Origin: Tubulanus polymorphus
Lineage: Eukaryota; Animalia; Nemertea
NCBI RefSeq assembly: GCF_964204645.1
Contig: NC_134035.1
Span: 6,076,001-6,140,000 of the forward strand
DNA length: 64,000 nt
Reading direction: 5' to 3'
A program made the position numbers and the translations under genes. Below the pieces are notes generated by a model. That model made no database searches. It worked only from the letters and a program-made list of their open reading frames with translations, and had not been told where the DNA came from. Shown here piece after piece: positions 13,701 to 26,695 of the stretch. How positions within the stretch are numbered: position 1 is the stretch's first letter; every line of letters starts with the position of its first letter.

Positions 13701-16700
13701 CAGCAGCAGACGGCGGTGATGAGATAGAATCTCGTCGTGATGACGACGACGTCACGTCTGTTGTCTCCGTATCGTCGCACAGTTCGTCATCCGCATCGCG
13801 CCGTAAATTATCGTCGAGGGCAGCGCATCAAAATCGGCAGATGGATATTTCACCGTTAGTACAGGCGGAGAAAGAATCGGTTGCTTGCGGATACGATGCC
13901 GATGATCGTGCTTTGTCTAAAAAACGTAAGTAGAAACAGAAAGACATGAATTCAATTTTAAGAGTGAAACCCAATAAAAAATTGTCCGTCCGTCCGTAGA
14001 CGGAATCCAGTTATCTTGGGAAGTTTTGAAGACGCTTCAAGGTAATGTCTTGATATTTGGTTTATACATGTATCTACCCTAAACACATCTTCAGCCCTGT
14101 CAGAATCAAGATGGCCGACCGACCCATTGTTGTTCGTCAAAATCAGCACTTTTTACACGTTTTGAACACTTAAATCAATTACCTTGATATTTGAACTCCC
14201 CAAGGGCCTATCACCATAAGAAAAATTGGGTCGATCGGACTCAAGATGGCCGTCCTATGACCTTTTTAGTGCCCGAAAATGTCAATTTTGGCCCAAATTC
14301 TGAGTCCTGTAGCTTCCTACTGGTTTGCCATTCCTCATTGCAATTTGTGATGGGTATTCTTTGGAAAGGGATGTTTTATACCTGAGCCAGGTATTTTTGA
14401 TCGGTGGGAAAAAGTTTTTCCACATTATATTGATACCTAAGCATATTTTGTTATCACAATCAATTGCAAAGTTGTAGCTCATGACATCGTCTATAATTGT
14501 GGTGAGTTTTAAGGACATTAGTTATTCTATATGGTCACCAGGGGGCATTGAATAGTAGAATAACTTAGTATTTCCTTATTAGATTGGTACCTAGGCATAT
14601 TTTGTTACCATGATCAATTGCAAAGAAAAAAATTTTTGTATATGGTCACCAGGGGGCGTTGAATATTGAAATTTTTAGATTGTTGAGCATTGGAAACCAC
14701 TTCCCAAGTGGGCATGGTGTCCCTGGACCCCTAGTTATGTGTCCTGAAGTATGAAATCTGTGGGTTTCACCATTGATTACTATTCAATTAAGCATATATT
14801 TCATTTTGATGAAATGTTCCTGAAACTGATAACACTTTTGGTGCGGGCGGGCAGCCCCTGGGGGTAGTGGGCAGTGGTCTCGCATCAATCTAAGTTCATT
14901 CATTTATTCATACGATGATTTCTGTTGTTTAGCTGTGAATTCAGATGGAGAAACGTTAAGTGAGTTTGATGACACATCTACAAACAACCAACCAATGCAT
15001 GAGGAAACTGAACAACTAACAACAAATTCCGAGAATAAAACTGACGATAAACCTGAACTCAATGATAGCAATACAACTGACCTCGACGACAAGAATAAAT
15101 CCGAGCGCAGTGACAGCAATAAGATGGAGCTTGAGGATGAGAATAAGATGACCGAAGTTAAAGATCAATCAGTAGTGACCGGAGAAAACAATGGTGAAGA
15201 GAAAACAACGACAGAAAATACGATAAAACCCGAAACTGATATAAAAACTGAACTGAAACCACTGCCAGATACGGTGAGTATAGATTTAACTAGAATCCTG
15301 AACCCGGGCCAGGTTTCATAGACCGTGGGTATCAAAGTTACCCCTAGGGATAAATCCTCAACTTGGGCCTGGTTTCATATATCGGATATCGAAGTTACCC
15401 CCAGGGTTAGATCCTCAACCTATGCTCAGTTTCATACTGGATGTAATACTTAAACAGGGTGACAACCATCACAGTAACAATGAGAAACCATGGCGATAAC
15501 TGGCTTATTTCGAAACGTTCTCGGGAATAATTTTGTCGGCACATCTATGAAACTCTACCCTGGTTATTAGCAGCCTTCTGATTGAAATATTCACGGGATT
15601 TGAAATAGAAATTCATTATTCTCCGCATGACTCGCACGTTCTCGTATGTTGTCCGTCTAACAATTGAATACGTTGTATTTACAGAAACCGGATTTGAACG
15701 CGTTCGTGCTCTACGCGGAGAGCGTTGATGATTTGAGAAAAATGGTGCAAGAATTCTCGCGGCCCGATTCGAACGGCGACGATAGCGAGAATTACGAGAC
15801 GTGCGTAGAGGAGCTCCACGACCGACTGGCGTACCTGCTGAAAGAACTCGAACCGTGGGAACAGAAACTGCTGCTCGCGAACCGACGTATGAAACGTAAG
15901 ATGAAGAAAGAAATGGAAGATTGGAAAGAGGAACCGGAACAAGAAATAGTACGTGAAATACTGAAGAACTTGCTCTGCAAATTTTCTCTGCTCTATCTCT
16001 ACCCAAGTGTTTTTCAGTTAGAATCAACCAAGTCCTAAAGCCTACATACATAGAGCTGCTGCCAACTACTATTCCTTATTTTCTGTATTTTGTTACTATT
16101 TCGTCCCGAAAAATACTGATCTTATTAGTTTGATGTGTACTTTTAGGGTTTGACCATTTATAGCTCTTTAATTCGAATATTTTATTGTCAAATTTCGATG
16201 AAATGTTCCTGAAAACGATTGAACTTGTTTCTGATTTTTTGCCCTTTTCAGAGTATGGCCGCAGCCCTGCCTTTATTACCCATCTGGTTTATATTATCTT
16301 AAATCCATCCTAGCTGAATGCTTCTGTATTCCTTGTATGAATGGTTAACGTAAAAATGTCTTCCTCTCTCCCGAAGTATCAAGTAATATCTGAAATAATA
16401 AATATGCGAAACTAACGAATTCACGGAAATAACGATTATTTTTACAGATGGAAATTTCATCGTCCTCGTCGTCATCCGATTCGAGTTCGGACAACGACTC
16501 GTCGTCGACGGATACCAGTTCGGACGAACGTTCCAACCGACGCAATCGGCATCGGAAAACGAAAAAACGCAAGAAGAAAAAACGTAAACGCGACAGAGCG
16601 GCGGATTCGGACTGCGAAATCATCGAGGACGTGAGTTCGCGCGGCCGCCTGCGAAAACGGCGCAAGATCGAACGCAGCGAATCGGAGGACAGCGTGAAAT

Positions 16701-19700
16701 CGATCGCGTCGTTCGGTAAGAAAAATTCAACCGCCTCAACGACGACGACGACAACAACAATGACCTCGGCGAATTCGAAAAAGATCAGCACGAACATTTT
16801 AACGGAACAACTGCTCGACCAGTTTAAACTACCGGCGAATCATATCTTAATAGAAACGACTCAAGGATTGAATATAATAAACTATACTTTACTGAAACAT
16901 CCGTCTGTGCTGAATATGAAACCGAAAATATTGAAAGTCGGTCCGTTAACGTCGAACGCCGAGGCAACAGTCGCGGCTAGCGGCGGTACGAAACCATTAA
17001 AACCGTCATCGACTAAACCGGTGTGTTTAACCGTGACGACTACGCAAACGACGCCGAGCAACAGCAACGTGACCGTGTTCGCTCCATCGACGGAACTCAG
17101 ACGTCAGCTTTTAACGCCGAAATCTCCGTACGCCTCGACGAATAAAGACTGCGCCGTCGGCAGCGGCAGCGTCAGCGGTGGTGCATCGAAACCGATCGTA
17201 CCGCGTTTACAAACTACCGTCAACGATTGCAGCAATAAAACGACGACGTCTCATGTTTTACAAACGCAGCCGAAAGTGAATTATCCAATTAAAACTGTTC
17301 TTCCCGTACCGGGCAAGACGTCGAGCTGTGCTGGTTACGCGGTTGTGTATAATCATACGAGCACCGCGAACGTCGGTGGTAAAACTATAGTTAACGCATC
17401 GCCTATGGTGACTCAAACCAGTGCTCAAACGGTCAGTCAAACTGGTCAAACAGGTGGTCAAGTGCTCGGTCAAACAGGTGGTCAAGTGCTCGGTCAAACA
17501 GGTGGTCAAGTGCTCGGTCAAACAGGTGGTCAAGTGCTCGGTCAAACAGGTGGTCAAGTGCTCAGTCAAACTGTTGGTCAAGTGCTCAGTCAAACGGTTG
17601 GTCAATCAAGCGGTCAAATGGTCAATAAGATAATACCTGCAATGACAATAACTGCACCTCTGATGACAGCTTTGACCAGCCCTCTGATGACGGCTTCAAC
17701 GAGCTGTCTGATGACAGTTTCAACCAGCCCTCTGATGACGGCTTCGACCAGTCATCAGATGACAGTATCAACCAGCCCTCTGATGACTGCTTCGACCAGT
17801 CCTCAGATGACAGTATCAACCGACCCTCTGATGACAGTTTCAACTACTGCTGCGACAACAGCAATCATGTCTTCCCCGTCTAAAAATAAATCAGCAAGCA
17901 TGACTGTAAAAAGTCTACTGGAAAGTCGACAGAATAATACCGGCGCACAGCCGTTACAGATATCGCTGAATAACCTGGAATCTGCTCCGATGAAAACTGC
18001 TGCTGGCGCCCCCTCGATGAATACGAGTTTACCTACAGTTACAATGAAGATTCCGGCACCGGCGACGATGCCTCTTATTCAACCGAAACAAGTGACTCAC
18101 GTAACGCAAGCGATGAAAGCTCCAATACCGGCATGCGGCATGCCGCAACAATCAAAACTTATAACGGCTTCGACGAGCATCGGCTCGAGTCTCGTACCGG
18201 GGTCGATTATGTCGCAATTACCGTCAACGGCGACGACGAACCCTACAACCACGACGGCTAAACTGAATCTGACGACAGATACGCTACAAGCGGGAAATCT
18301 AGCGAAATTATTACAACAGTCGGGACATCAGAATGTCGTTATACGTTTAGTTCAGCAGAACGCCGGCGGAACTCAGAGTATCATTCAGGGATTCCTCACT
18401 CCGAAAGGCCTCGTCATTCCGCAGTCTCAATCGGTTACGAATTCTACGTTCAGCAGCGCCACCTGTACGGCGTCGAATCAAACGCATTTCGCCGGTAATA
18501 ACGTCGTTACGGCTCCTCCGCATTTCAGCAGCGTTCATACGGTCGCTAAATCGCCTGCGGCTGCGGCAGCAGCAGCAACCGTGTCATCAATTCCTCAACA
18601 GATGGTGCCATTGCAGATGTCGTCGTCGCAAACGGCGATCAAACAAATCGCCGAGGCATTAGCCGCTCAAACGAGTCCCGTTAAAACGAGTTTCAACCGA
18701 CCGTTGGAGAGTCAAGAACCGGTGATAGAATCGGTACCGTCCACGACCGTTCATCACCACGGCAGCGATAACGCGTCGGCCGATTCGATTCAGCCTAAGA
18801 TTACGTTCAAAAAACAATCACAGCCTCAACCGGTGCGTAAAACGATCGCCGAAAATATGATGAACACCGGTATTCCGGTTCCGCGGATACTGACATTGCC
18901 GGCTACGGGAAGTATTGCGTCGACCGGGCAGACGACGAACGTTCACACGACGACCGCTCAACAGAATCTACAAACGCTCGCCGCGCAAATACAACAACAC
19001 GTTCAAATACAACAACAGAATCAACAGCAGCAGCAGCAGACAACGGATCTGTTAAAACAAGTTATTAATAATCAAACCGTGCTACAAACAATTCAACAAC
19101 AACAGCCGACTTTACTGCATCAAAATCCGGTCGAAGTCCCAGCCGCCGCCGCCGCGCAGATATTATCTACCGCGCAAAATCAGGGGTTGAATACCGGAAA
19201 CCAGTCCGGTCAGCCGGCCGTTCTCTCGGGAACGCTGACGAATGAAAGTCCAAATATTTTCATGCAGCTAGGCTCGACGCAGTTGCAATTACCGACCGTC
19301 GCTCAGCAACCAGTTTTACAAGCTACCGTGAAACCAACCAATCAAACGGCGCCGATTTTACTGCAGGCTCAAGGAGGACAGAAGATTCTCGTTTCGCCGC
19401 AACAGCTCGTAACGTTGCAGCAACAAGGACAGCGTATCGTACTTGCTGGTGGTCAGGTGCCGATTCTCATGCCGGCTTCGACGCCTAAAAAAACTCTACC
19501 GGATGGACTAGTATCTAGTCCGTCTCAAACGCGTAATAGTTCAAATCCGTTACTAGCGGTTACGAGCAAATCGAATAGTCGTTCATCGAAACCTGACGTT
19601 AGTCCGTCATCCTCGTCGGCGGCGGGGTCGAATAAAATACAAGCGATGAAATTAAAAACGATGGTTTTACCGTCACCAGAGAAAATTGGAGAACCGCAGG

Positions 19701-21298
19701 TGATATTCACAACAAACACAACGCCGGTCACCACCGCCGGTCAGACCGCGGCACCGGCTGCCGCTCAGAATAGACGCGTTACCGAGAAATTCACCGTGCA
19801 ACGATTGTTGGAACAACGCCAGCAACAGCAAAATACAATTAAAAAAGAACAATCCATCGATAATAAGATAGTTACGACTTCAAGTGCTACGAAACAGACG
19901 ATTAAAACTCCGAGAACATCGAGCAATACACCGAAAAAACGCCAGATGTCATCAGGGGTCCTATCAGTCGCTCAAAACCAAACTGTGTCACAACTATTAT
20001 CTCAACAGATCGGTTCCCCGGCAGTGGCACAGATAGGTTCTCCGGCAGTGGCACAGATAGGTTCTCCGGCAGTGGCACAGATCGGTTCTCCGGCAGTGGC
20101 ACAGATCGGTTCTCCGGCAGTGGCACAGATCGGTTCTCCAGGTTTGGCAACCGTGACACAATCTATGAATCCTCCACAAAATAAAACGATACAGGTTTGT
20201 ACAAATGAAACTGTATCCAGTCAATTCATCCAATCTCAATTATCACAGCTTACTCCAGCTCAACAGCAGCAAATACTCCAACAAATCAAATCACTGCAAC
20301 AACAAACTACCGGTCAAATCGTTACTACGGCGACTACTCAACAAAAACTGACCGCGACCAAGTTAAATAACGGTCAGAGTAACTCTAGTCAAGGTGAATC
20401 GCCTCCGCAAAATAAAACGGCGCCAACGCTTTCTCAGAGGCAGCTGCAAACTCAACAGGCGGCGCTAGCATTGCAACAACTCGCTAACCAGCAACCGATA
20501 ACGGCGAGTAGTCATCACGGGATTCAGTCGAATATATACCGCGAACAGGCGATACAGGACGCGCATTCGTTACTACAGCAATATACACAGAAAGATCAAC
20601 AATCAATAGCGACCAGTAGCGCCACCGCAACTGTTTCGGTCTCGTCGAGAAACGCAATACAAACTCTTCAACACCTACCGCAGCAAACCATCCAGCCAAT
20701 CACGTCGCTTCATCAGATACAGAAATCGTCGCTCGGGGGTAGCGGGTTGACGGGCGATTCGACGGATCTAGCTCGACAACAGGAAATACTACAGATTAAA
20801 AATCAACTCATGCAACAAACCGAAGAGTTACAGATGCAGAAACAGTTAATACAGCAACGAGAACGGTTGCAACAGCAGCAGCAGCAGCAACAGCAGCTGG
20901 TGCAAACTACTGAGAATCAGTTGCCAAAAACTCCAAGTAGCGGAGGACAGAAATTAGTATTGTATAATATAAATGGACAATTAGTAACTGCGCAGGGAAT
21001 TCCTGTTTGTATCTCACAAGGTGTTATTAAGTTTCTAGCACCGACTCAATCGTCGCTCGGTTCCGTAATTCAACAGCCGGCAGCACCAGCAGCAGCAGCA
21101 GTTGGGGGTACGAGTACTGGCGTTCTGTGTGGTATAACGACAGCTCGTAACGCCGCATCACTAGCCGCTGATTCAGTGAATGTCGCTGCGTTAACGAGCA
21201 TGGTAAAAACATCGGCATCAACCCGCAGCGTTACAGATACGACAACTAGCTTACCACCGACGGGCGTGGCTTTTAATCTGAATAATCTAAATTCATGA
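7746..21298 (+). CDS. BRD10: KIAA2026/BRD10-like bromodomain protein (~2439 aa, 12 coding exons)
   Basis: Exons 7746-8190, 8907-9075, 9190-9248 (AAG acceptor, least certain), 9854-10068, 10488-10757, 11057-11194, 11706-11885, 12701-12799, 13637-13925, 14933-15273, 15685-15948, 16448-21298 sum to 7320 nt in one frame. Bromodomain (ELQEGYRIL..NWPFIDPVD..DYYERITKPIWL..FVSDFRLMVENCNRYNG) is followed by KIAA2026-type motifs: MWELPQIGLFL, YELERSLILP, FHELNLYQRVWIVKSLCD, LGTDAQGNTYLHFPQFCGQDLRIY. The terminal exon is a very long T/Q/S-rich low-complexity region. Confidence 0.88.
11448..11631. mobile_element. Tc1/mariner-type MITE
   Basis: TA|CAGTTGACTCTGCCTATA ... TGTAGGCTGAGTCCACTG imperfect TIRs. 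Confidence 0.55.
12258..12495. mobile_element. MITE with TGGCCACTC / GAGTGGCCA termini and TCAGGGAA subterminal repeats (hAT-like)
   Basis: Inverted termini at ~12264 and ~12483-12491; a related fragment lies at ~10121-10225. Confidence 0.55.
12939..13540. repeat. 20-bp minisatellite, ~30 copies, in BRD10-like intron
   Basis: (GGAATGACCGATCTGTAGGA)n, highly homogeneous; it explains the spurious ORF 12965-13561. Confidence 0.95.
13975..14736. mobile_element. DINE-1/Helentron-associated-like non-autonomous element
   Basis: 5' GTCCGTCCGTCC microsatellite, internal duplicated blocks (CAAGATGGCCG twice; TATGGTCACCAGGGGGC twice), 3' short GC stem followed by CTAGT. The family assignment is an inference from architecture. 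Confidence 0.4.
15295..15440. repeat. ~58-bp tandem repeat (2.5 copies)
   Basis: GGGCCWGGTTTCATA..TATCRAAGTTACCCC.AGGG.TA.ATCCTCAAC repeated. Confidence 0.65.
17440..17605 (+). repeat. Coding 24-bp repeat (GQTGGQVL)n
   Basis: GGTCAAACAGGTGGTCAAGTGCTC, about 7 copies, in the terminal BRD10-like exon. Confidence 0.9.
17655..17845 (+). repeat. Coding 24-bp repeat (SPLMTA/VST)n
   Basis: CCTCTGATGACAGTTTCAACCAGC-like unit, about 8 copies. Confidence 0.85.
20005..20148 (+). repeat. Coding 24-bp repeat (QIGSPAVA)n
   Basis: CAGATCGGTTCTCCGGCAGTGGCA, about 6 copies. Confidence 0.9.
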
Positions 21299-21455
21299 TT
21301 GACGAAACATTCATCATTCATCATTAGTCTTCCAAATGTTTGTTCAACGAAGTGAAAGTTAAATGTTATTTGTGTGGAGCAGCAAAAAGAGGGCGGGATA
21401 GAGATATATGTGTATCAATCGTTTAAATTGCGGGTTTTAAGCATGTTGGTTATAT

Positions 21456-21716
21456 AGAGCTGTTAGACAGAACTGGTTAATTAGGGCTGGTTAGACGGAG
21501 CTACTTAATCACGGCTGGTTAGACAGCTGTTTAATCAGTGCTGGTTAGACGGAGCTAGTTAAGTAGGGCTGGTTACACAGCTGGTTAACTAGAGCTGGTT
21601 AGACACAGCTGGTTAATAAGGGCTGTTTAGACAGAGCTGGTTAATATCGGCGGATTAGACAGAGCTAGTTGCGATTAGGGCTGGTTAGACAGAGCTGGTA
21701 AATTAGGGCTGGTCAG
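21456..21716. repeat. Degenerate minisatellite in BRD10-like 3' UTR
   Basis: Repeats of GGGCTGGTTAGACAGAGCTGGTTAATTA (~28 bp, about 9 copies). Confidence 0.8.
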
Positions 21717-22665
21717 AGAGAGAAAAGCGGTGTGTGTGTTAAATGAATTATCTATTTTGCTTCAGATCCCTTAAATTCTTATGTAACCTTTTAAATCTAA
21801 AGGTTTAATCGTGTTGATATAAAGTGGAAATGTGTTATTTGCTTCTATTCGCGTCTGCTGTGAATAAACTTGAATTTTAGGAAGTTTTGTTTCACGAAAA
21901 AAAAAACCAGTTAAATTGAAATCGAGAGTTACAACCACTGGTATGCTGACAATTTGAATAGTTGAGCGATCAGTTTTAAGAGCAGGGATAGATAATGTTA
22001 ATGCAACTTTTGCTAAAAAGTTTTGCTGACTATTTTCTTTTTTTATGCATTTATACAAAACATATATGAGGTACTGTTTGGTGTTGAATTCAGTGGTTTC
22101 TATTTTATGCATTTACACAACAGTATGAACAGTATAAACACCAACCTGACTGACTGACTGACTGACTGTCTACGCAACCAATAATTCATGTTTGTTTGAT
22201 AATGTGTATCGTTCATGTCGATTGTTACCGTGTAATCGGTAAGACGATGCAGCTTAGAGATATAGCCGCCGTGATTGGTCGGTTTATCGCTGTTAAATAT
22301 GTAAATTTTTTCGTGTAAATATAATGTAAATAATTATAGGAAATTCCACTAAAAGTTTGAACATTTAGATTGGTATGTTATATACGTCGATATCAAAGGG
22401 ACCGGTTTTCATAAACCAGATTTCACTTAAGTTCAGTTAAACCATGTCGGATTATAGTGAGTCAATTGCTTCAGCAATCTACGTGTAATTGAACTTGTAT
22501 TTGTAATTGCGTAATTAAGTGTCAAATTAATTTCTCTTCAGTAGAGTGTACGCCTAGTGTACATTTTTTCTCAAGATCCAAACTTGTCTAAAGCATTCGT
22601 CTGGAAAAATATTTTCAGGTATAATTTAGTTGATCGGGTCGTAGCTTTAACTGATTATACATGCC

Positions 22666-22797
22666 GGGGCCAGTTACTCAAAAGTTGGTCAGAATTAACC
22701 AGCGGATAGTTGACATATTGACATATTAAAAGATAATTGTTACTATGTTATTTTTCTGTCGGTTATCTTTTTAACCAACCTTTGAGCAACTGGGCCC
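22666..22797. mobile_element. Palindromic MITE, GGGCCCAGTT family B
   Basis: GGGGCCAGTTACTCAAAAGTTGGT ... ACCAACCTTTGAGCAACTGGGCCC; related copy at ~29370-29498. Confidence 0.75.
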
Positions 22798-22798
22798 T

Positions 22799-22966
22799 GG
22801 GGCCGGTTGCATAGTCATGGCTTAGACTTAAGACCAGTCTAAGACCAACTTAGACTTAAGACCAGTCGAAGACCAACTTAGTTCTATAGCCAATCTAAGA
22901 ACTTAAGACCAGTCTTAAGATTTAAGACCACTTTTGGACCTAAGTCACGACTGTGCAACTGGCCCC
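22799..22966. mobile_element. Palindromic MITE, family A, abutting the family B copy
   Basis: GGGGCCGGTTGCATAGTC ... GACTGTGCAACTGGCCCC; contains an internal 29-bp duplication. Confidence 0.8.
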
Positions 22967-24789
22967 TGGTGTTTTAGATGTACATAGAAAATGGAACCAG
23001 CTCATGCGGTAATTCTGTTAATTATGTTTTTTAACTTGATTTAACATTTTTGTCGAATTTTGACATGTTTGAGTTTTTGGCTGATTCATTCGAAAATCAT
23101 TGGACATCGACTGATTTTAATTCTTGATGTACAACTCTAAAACTGGTCCATCTCTTACACTACCGGTGCTACTGATGATCGCTGGTGCAAGGTTCAACTG
23201 TAATTTATTGACTAACTGACTGAATTCATACTTTTATCCACAACAAGACTACATTTTCAGGCCAGTACCGAGGGGGTTTAGGGCTAGCGAATGAACCCCA
23301 AATTTCCTAGTGGCAAGTGCCCTTCGAAAAGTCAGTGTCAATAGATTTTTTCGAAATTTGGATACATTTAAAGATGACCTTTTTACAATAGGGAAGTGCA
23401 GAAAAGTGCCCTTTTTCTTGAAATAGAACTGTCCCTCAAAAAAGCTCAGCACGGGCCTGCTTTTACTGTATACAACAGTATCTTGCTTGTTGAAGTTTGT
23501 TCGCCCATCAGTGTCAGATACTTGTCAAACATACAAACTATGACAGTCTCTGATGTGTAAATCACTTATTGTTTTCGAACAATCAGGCTTAGTAAAAAAA
23601 ACCACATGTCTGTAAATCCTCTACTACAATATACATCCATTGTGCTGAAATACTTTTTGTTATTGGCAGGATTTGCTTATTTATCCATAACAGTGGCTGA
23701 TCAAGGGGGTCGTTCATGGGGTCCGGAAATTTCCTCAAATATTCCGCACTGAATATTTTCTGAAGCACGATCAAAATCATGATTGAACAACTGAAAACAT
23801 ACCAAAATTGTAGTGGCAATAATTCGCTGTTTTACCAATTATAGAAGATCTAAAACAAGTGTTCCCGTTATGTGAACAACGAAATTACGGCGAAACTTTT
23901 ACACTTAATGACGTTCTAGATCTTCTACAATTGGTAAAACAGCAAATTATTGCCACTACAATTAGAAAAAAGCGCTAAATTTTTTAAGCGAACACCTCTC
24001 TTTGCTTTGACCCTGGTTGCACCCTGCTTATTCCCCCGAGTTCAGCTGCACATTCGTGATTATGTGGGAGTTTATTCTTTATATGAGTTTAATGAATATC
24101 GATTCGAAACTAAACCCGAGGAGCAAGAGTTTCCCATTGCTGCTGCTCTAGAGCCACAGTGGAATTAATCTCCATGTGTTAAAATATTGACTGAAATGAG
24201 ATTCAATGATTTCATACTAGATCAAGCTCCCTGATATAATCTTGGAGTAATCATTTGACAAATTATTAAAAAATTAATTCAAATGATTACTCCAAGATAT
24301 AATAGACCATGAAAAACAGATCTTTAATGTGCCTAGAGTTCATTGCTAAAGGTTTAATTGAACTTAGAAAGGATTCGCTGTATCTGTAAAGTTTTGTTAG
24401 TTTCGGAAGTTCAGAATCAAAACTCATTTTCAGTGTAGAATGTTAATTATAATTGCTGTGCTATTATTGCTGAGTATGATTGTAGCCGTATGATGAACTC
24501 GTATGAGATGAACTCGATGGTATCTCGGCGCAGCTAGTTTCAATGATAATCAACTTTTTGTGGAATATTTATCGATAAAAAAAGAAGTCTCTGAATAAAA
24601 CTAAACATTATAGTTTTTTTAATAAAAGAGAAGATTGTTGTTTATTTAAGGTTTTGGTTTACGTTTCTATCGTTATTAAGAGAATATATTTAAACGAAAG
24701 AAAAATTGATCTGAATCCGAGAATGAAAAATTCGCACTCGGCCCGCCTCGTTGAATAAAGTTTAAATTGAATTGTATTTGTAGGTGTCT

Positions 24790-24904
24790 AGGAGGTGCTG
24801 CCACCTCACTTATCCAATATGGCGTCATTTTGATCCCGATGAAGTCAATTATAAATTATCGTGTTTTAATTAGTGTTTTAATCGGTGTTGGCGCTGGTTT
24901 CTAT
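24790..24904 (+). promoter_or_regulatory. Putative RASSF promoter / non-coding first exon
   Basis: YY1-like AATATGGCG at ~24816 and a donor GTAAGT at 24905; matching acceptor tttttctag at 26627 ahead of the RASSF ATG. AATAAA signals at ~24594 and ~24621 may end the upstream gene. Confidence 0.35.
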
Positions 24905-26695
24905 GTAAGTTGATGTCTATTTTATTAATGTCGTTTACAAAATCAATGGAATGAAGTTTTGTTTTAGAGCTGTTTATCTGTGGGTTAGGAGAACGGCGCG
25001 GTATAGGCCTAGCACACAATCAAATCGCTTTTTTGCGATCCTTTCGTCTTCGATTCTCTACTCATGGAAATAATCCGTGCTATTATATTAATTTCCGATT
25101 CTGTGATTTCTCCTATTCTACGATTCTATGAATTGAATATCACCCAAGTAAGTTAGTGCGATTCGTACCGTCGGAGCGATCGCAAACACAGGGACTTGTC
25201 ACAACTGATAGTGAATGAATAAAACCAATATCAATGACCAGGTCCACTATCCCTCTGTATAATATAAAAAAAAGGGTGGCAACAAATTGTCAATCTGACA
25301 ATGACTTCTCCACTTCAATCGACTGTAATTCCAAAAATTATCAACCGATTCACATGAAATAAGCTTTAATACAACCTAGAAGACTTTCTGCTTCGAACGA
25401 GCCTTCAACCACCACTCTCCGACAATTATCTCACAACGAAATCACCTTTTTTTGACGAGAGATAGCTCAAAATGGAGGTCTACCGATTCTATGGTGGACA
25501 GCAAAATAGTCGTTTTTTTCACTTCAAACGATGATTTCTATGTGAGATCTTAGAGAAAACCCCAACAAACCATACATTTTTTTAAACTACGCAGTCTTCT
25601 ACATGTGAGATCCTGCTTAACTGCTAACGTACGTCTACGAATTGAATAGGGCCTATCATCACTCACGCGTATATAGTGCGATTCATACGAAGAATAGTAC
25701 GTGATCATTTGCGATCGTATCGATTCATACAATCGTAGTTTTGATATGGCCTAATATTTACGCAAAAGAAATGCGATTGTCCTACTAGAGAGTTAGGCCT
25801 ATGTGGGTTAGGCAGTAGACAGACTTTCCCATAATTCTGTGATCAATGACGCGGCGCTTCGCTTAGGCCTACCCCTTCTCTGAGTGGCTCTGGCTCCTGG
25901 CCTAGTCCCATAGCCGATAGGCCTAGAACTTATGAGCATCTAAATAAATTACCGAAGTAAATCAATGCTATGCTAATGCCTATTTATGAAACACTTCCTT
26001 GTTTATCTTACGACTGGACCGCAGCCTTTAAAGTGTTGCCCGCATGGGTCCTCCTTGTTATGTCTACTATTTCAACTTGACTTGAGAGCGTACCCGGTGG
26101 CCTAGCTCAGTCAGTGTTGGTGGTACATGCATGTTAAAAGTCTTATTAGGACCAGAGGGCACTGGTAGTTGACCGAAACATTGTTTTTAATCCATTTTAG
26201 ACTGTATTTAACAAGGGTATCCAAACGTCTTCATTGAAAGGTGTTAAATATAGAAAAGTGACTCCATGATTTGAAAGTTTAACAATGTGTTTCCATGCCT
26301 ACATACCAAACTTCAGTTGGCACTGCAGTGCGGCGTATAAATTGGTGATTGACTTGGCTAGTACACCGCACTGTGGTGTATTAATGTAATTCATTAAAGT
26401 TTCTATCTCTAATGAAAGATGGCAGCACGGATATAAGTAACCAACGATGCACCGTGCTGCGGTGTAGACGCGTTATAGTGAATGCCTGATATCTGAATGC
26501 ACTGCCCTGGAATTTTTCAAACATTTTCGAATTATCTCCCGCACTTTAGGGTATTTATTATGCAGCACCGAAAGGGTTTAGGAGGTCTATACAAGTGATA
26601 ATATACACATTTTTTCTTTTTTTCTAGTGTAGAATGAGTGAGTGTAGGTGATAGTCTCAGTGCTGCTACTGCTGACTGCTGCTGGTGCCGCGAAG

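Noticed and set aside
26648-26695. Signal-peptide-like extension [16 protein letters not shown] on RASSF
   Set aside because: It begins at a GTG called by the ORF finder; the family N-terminus is M-E-x-K-V-W-V-D-G at ATG 26696.
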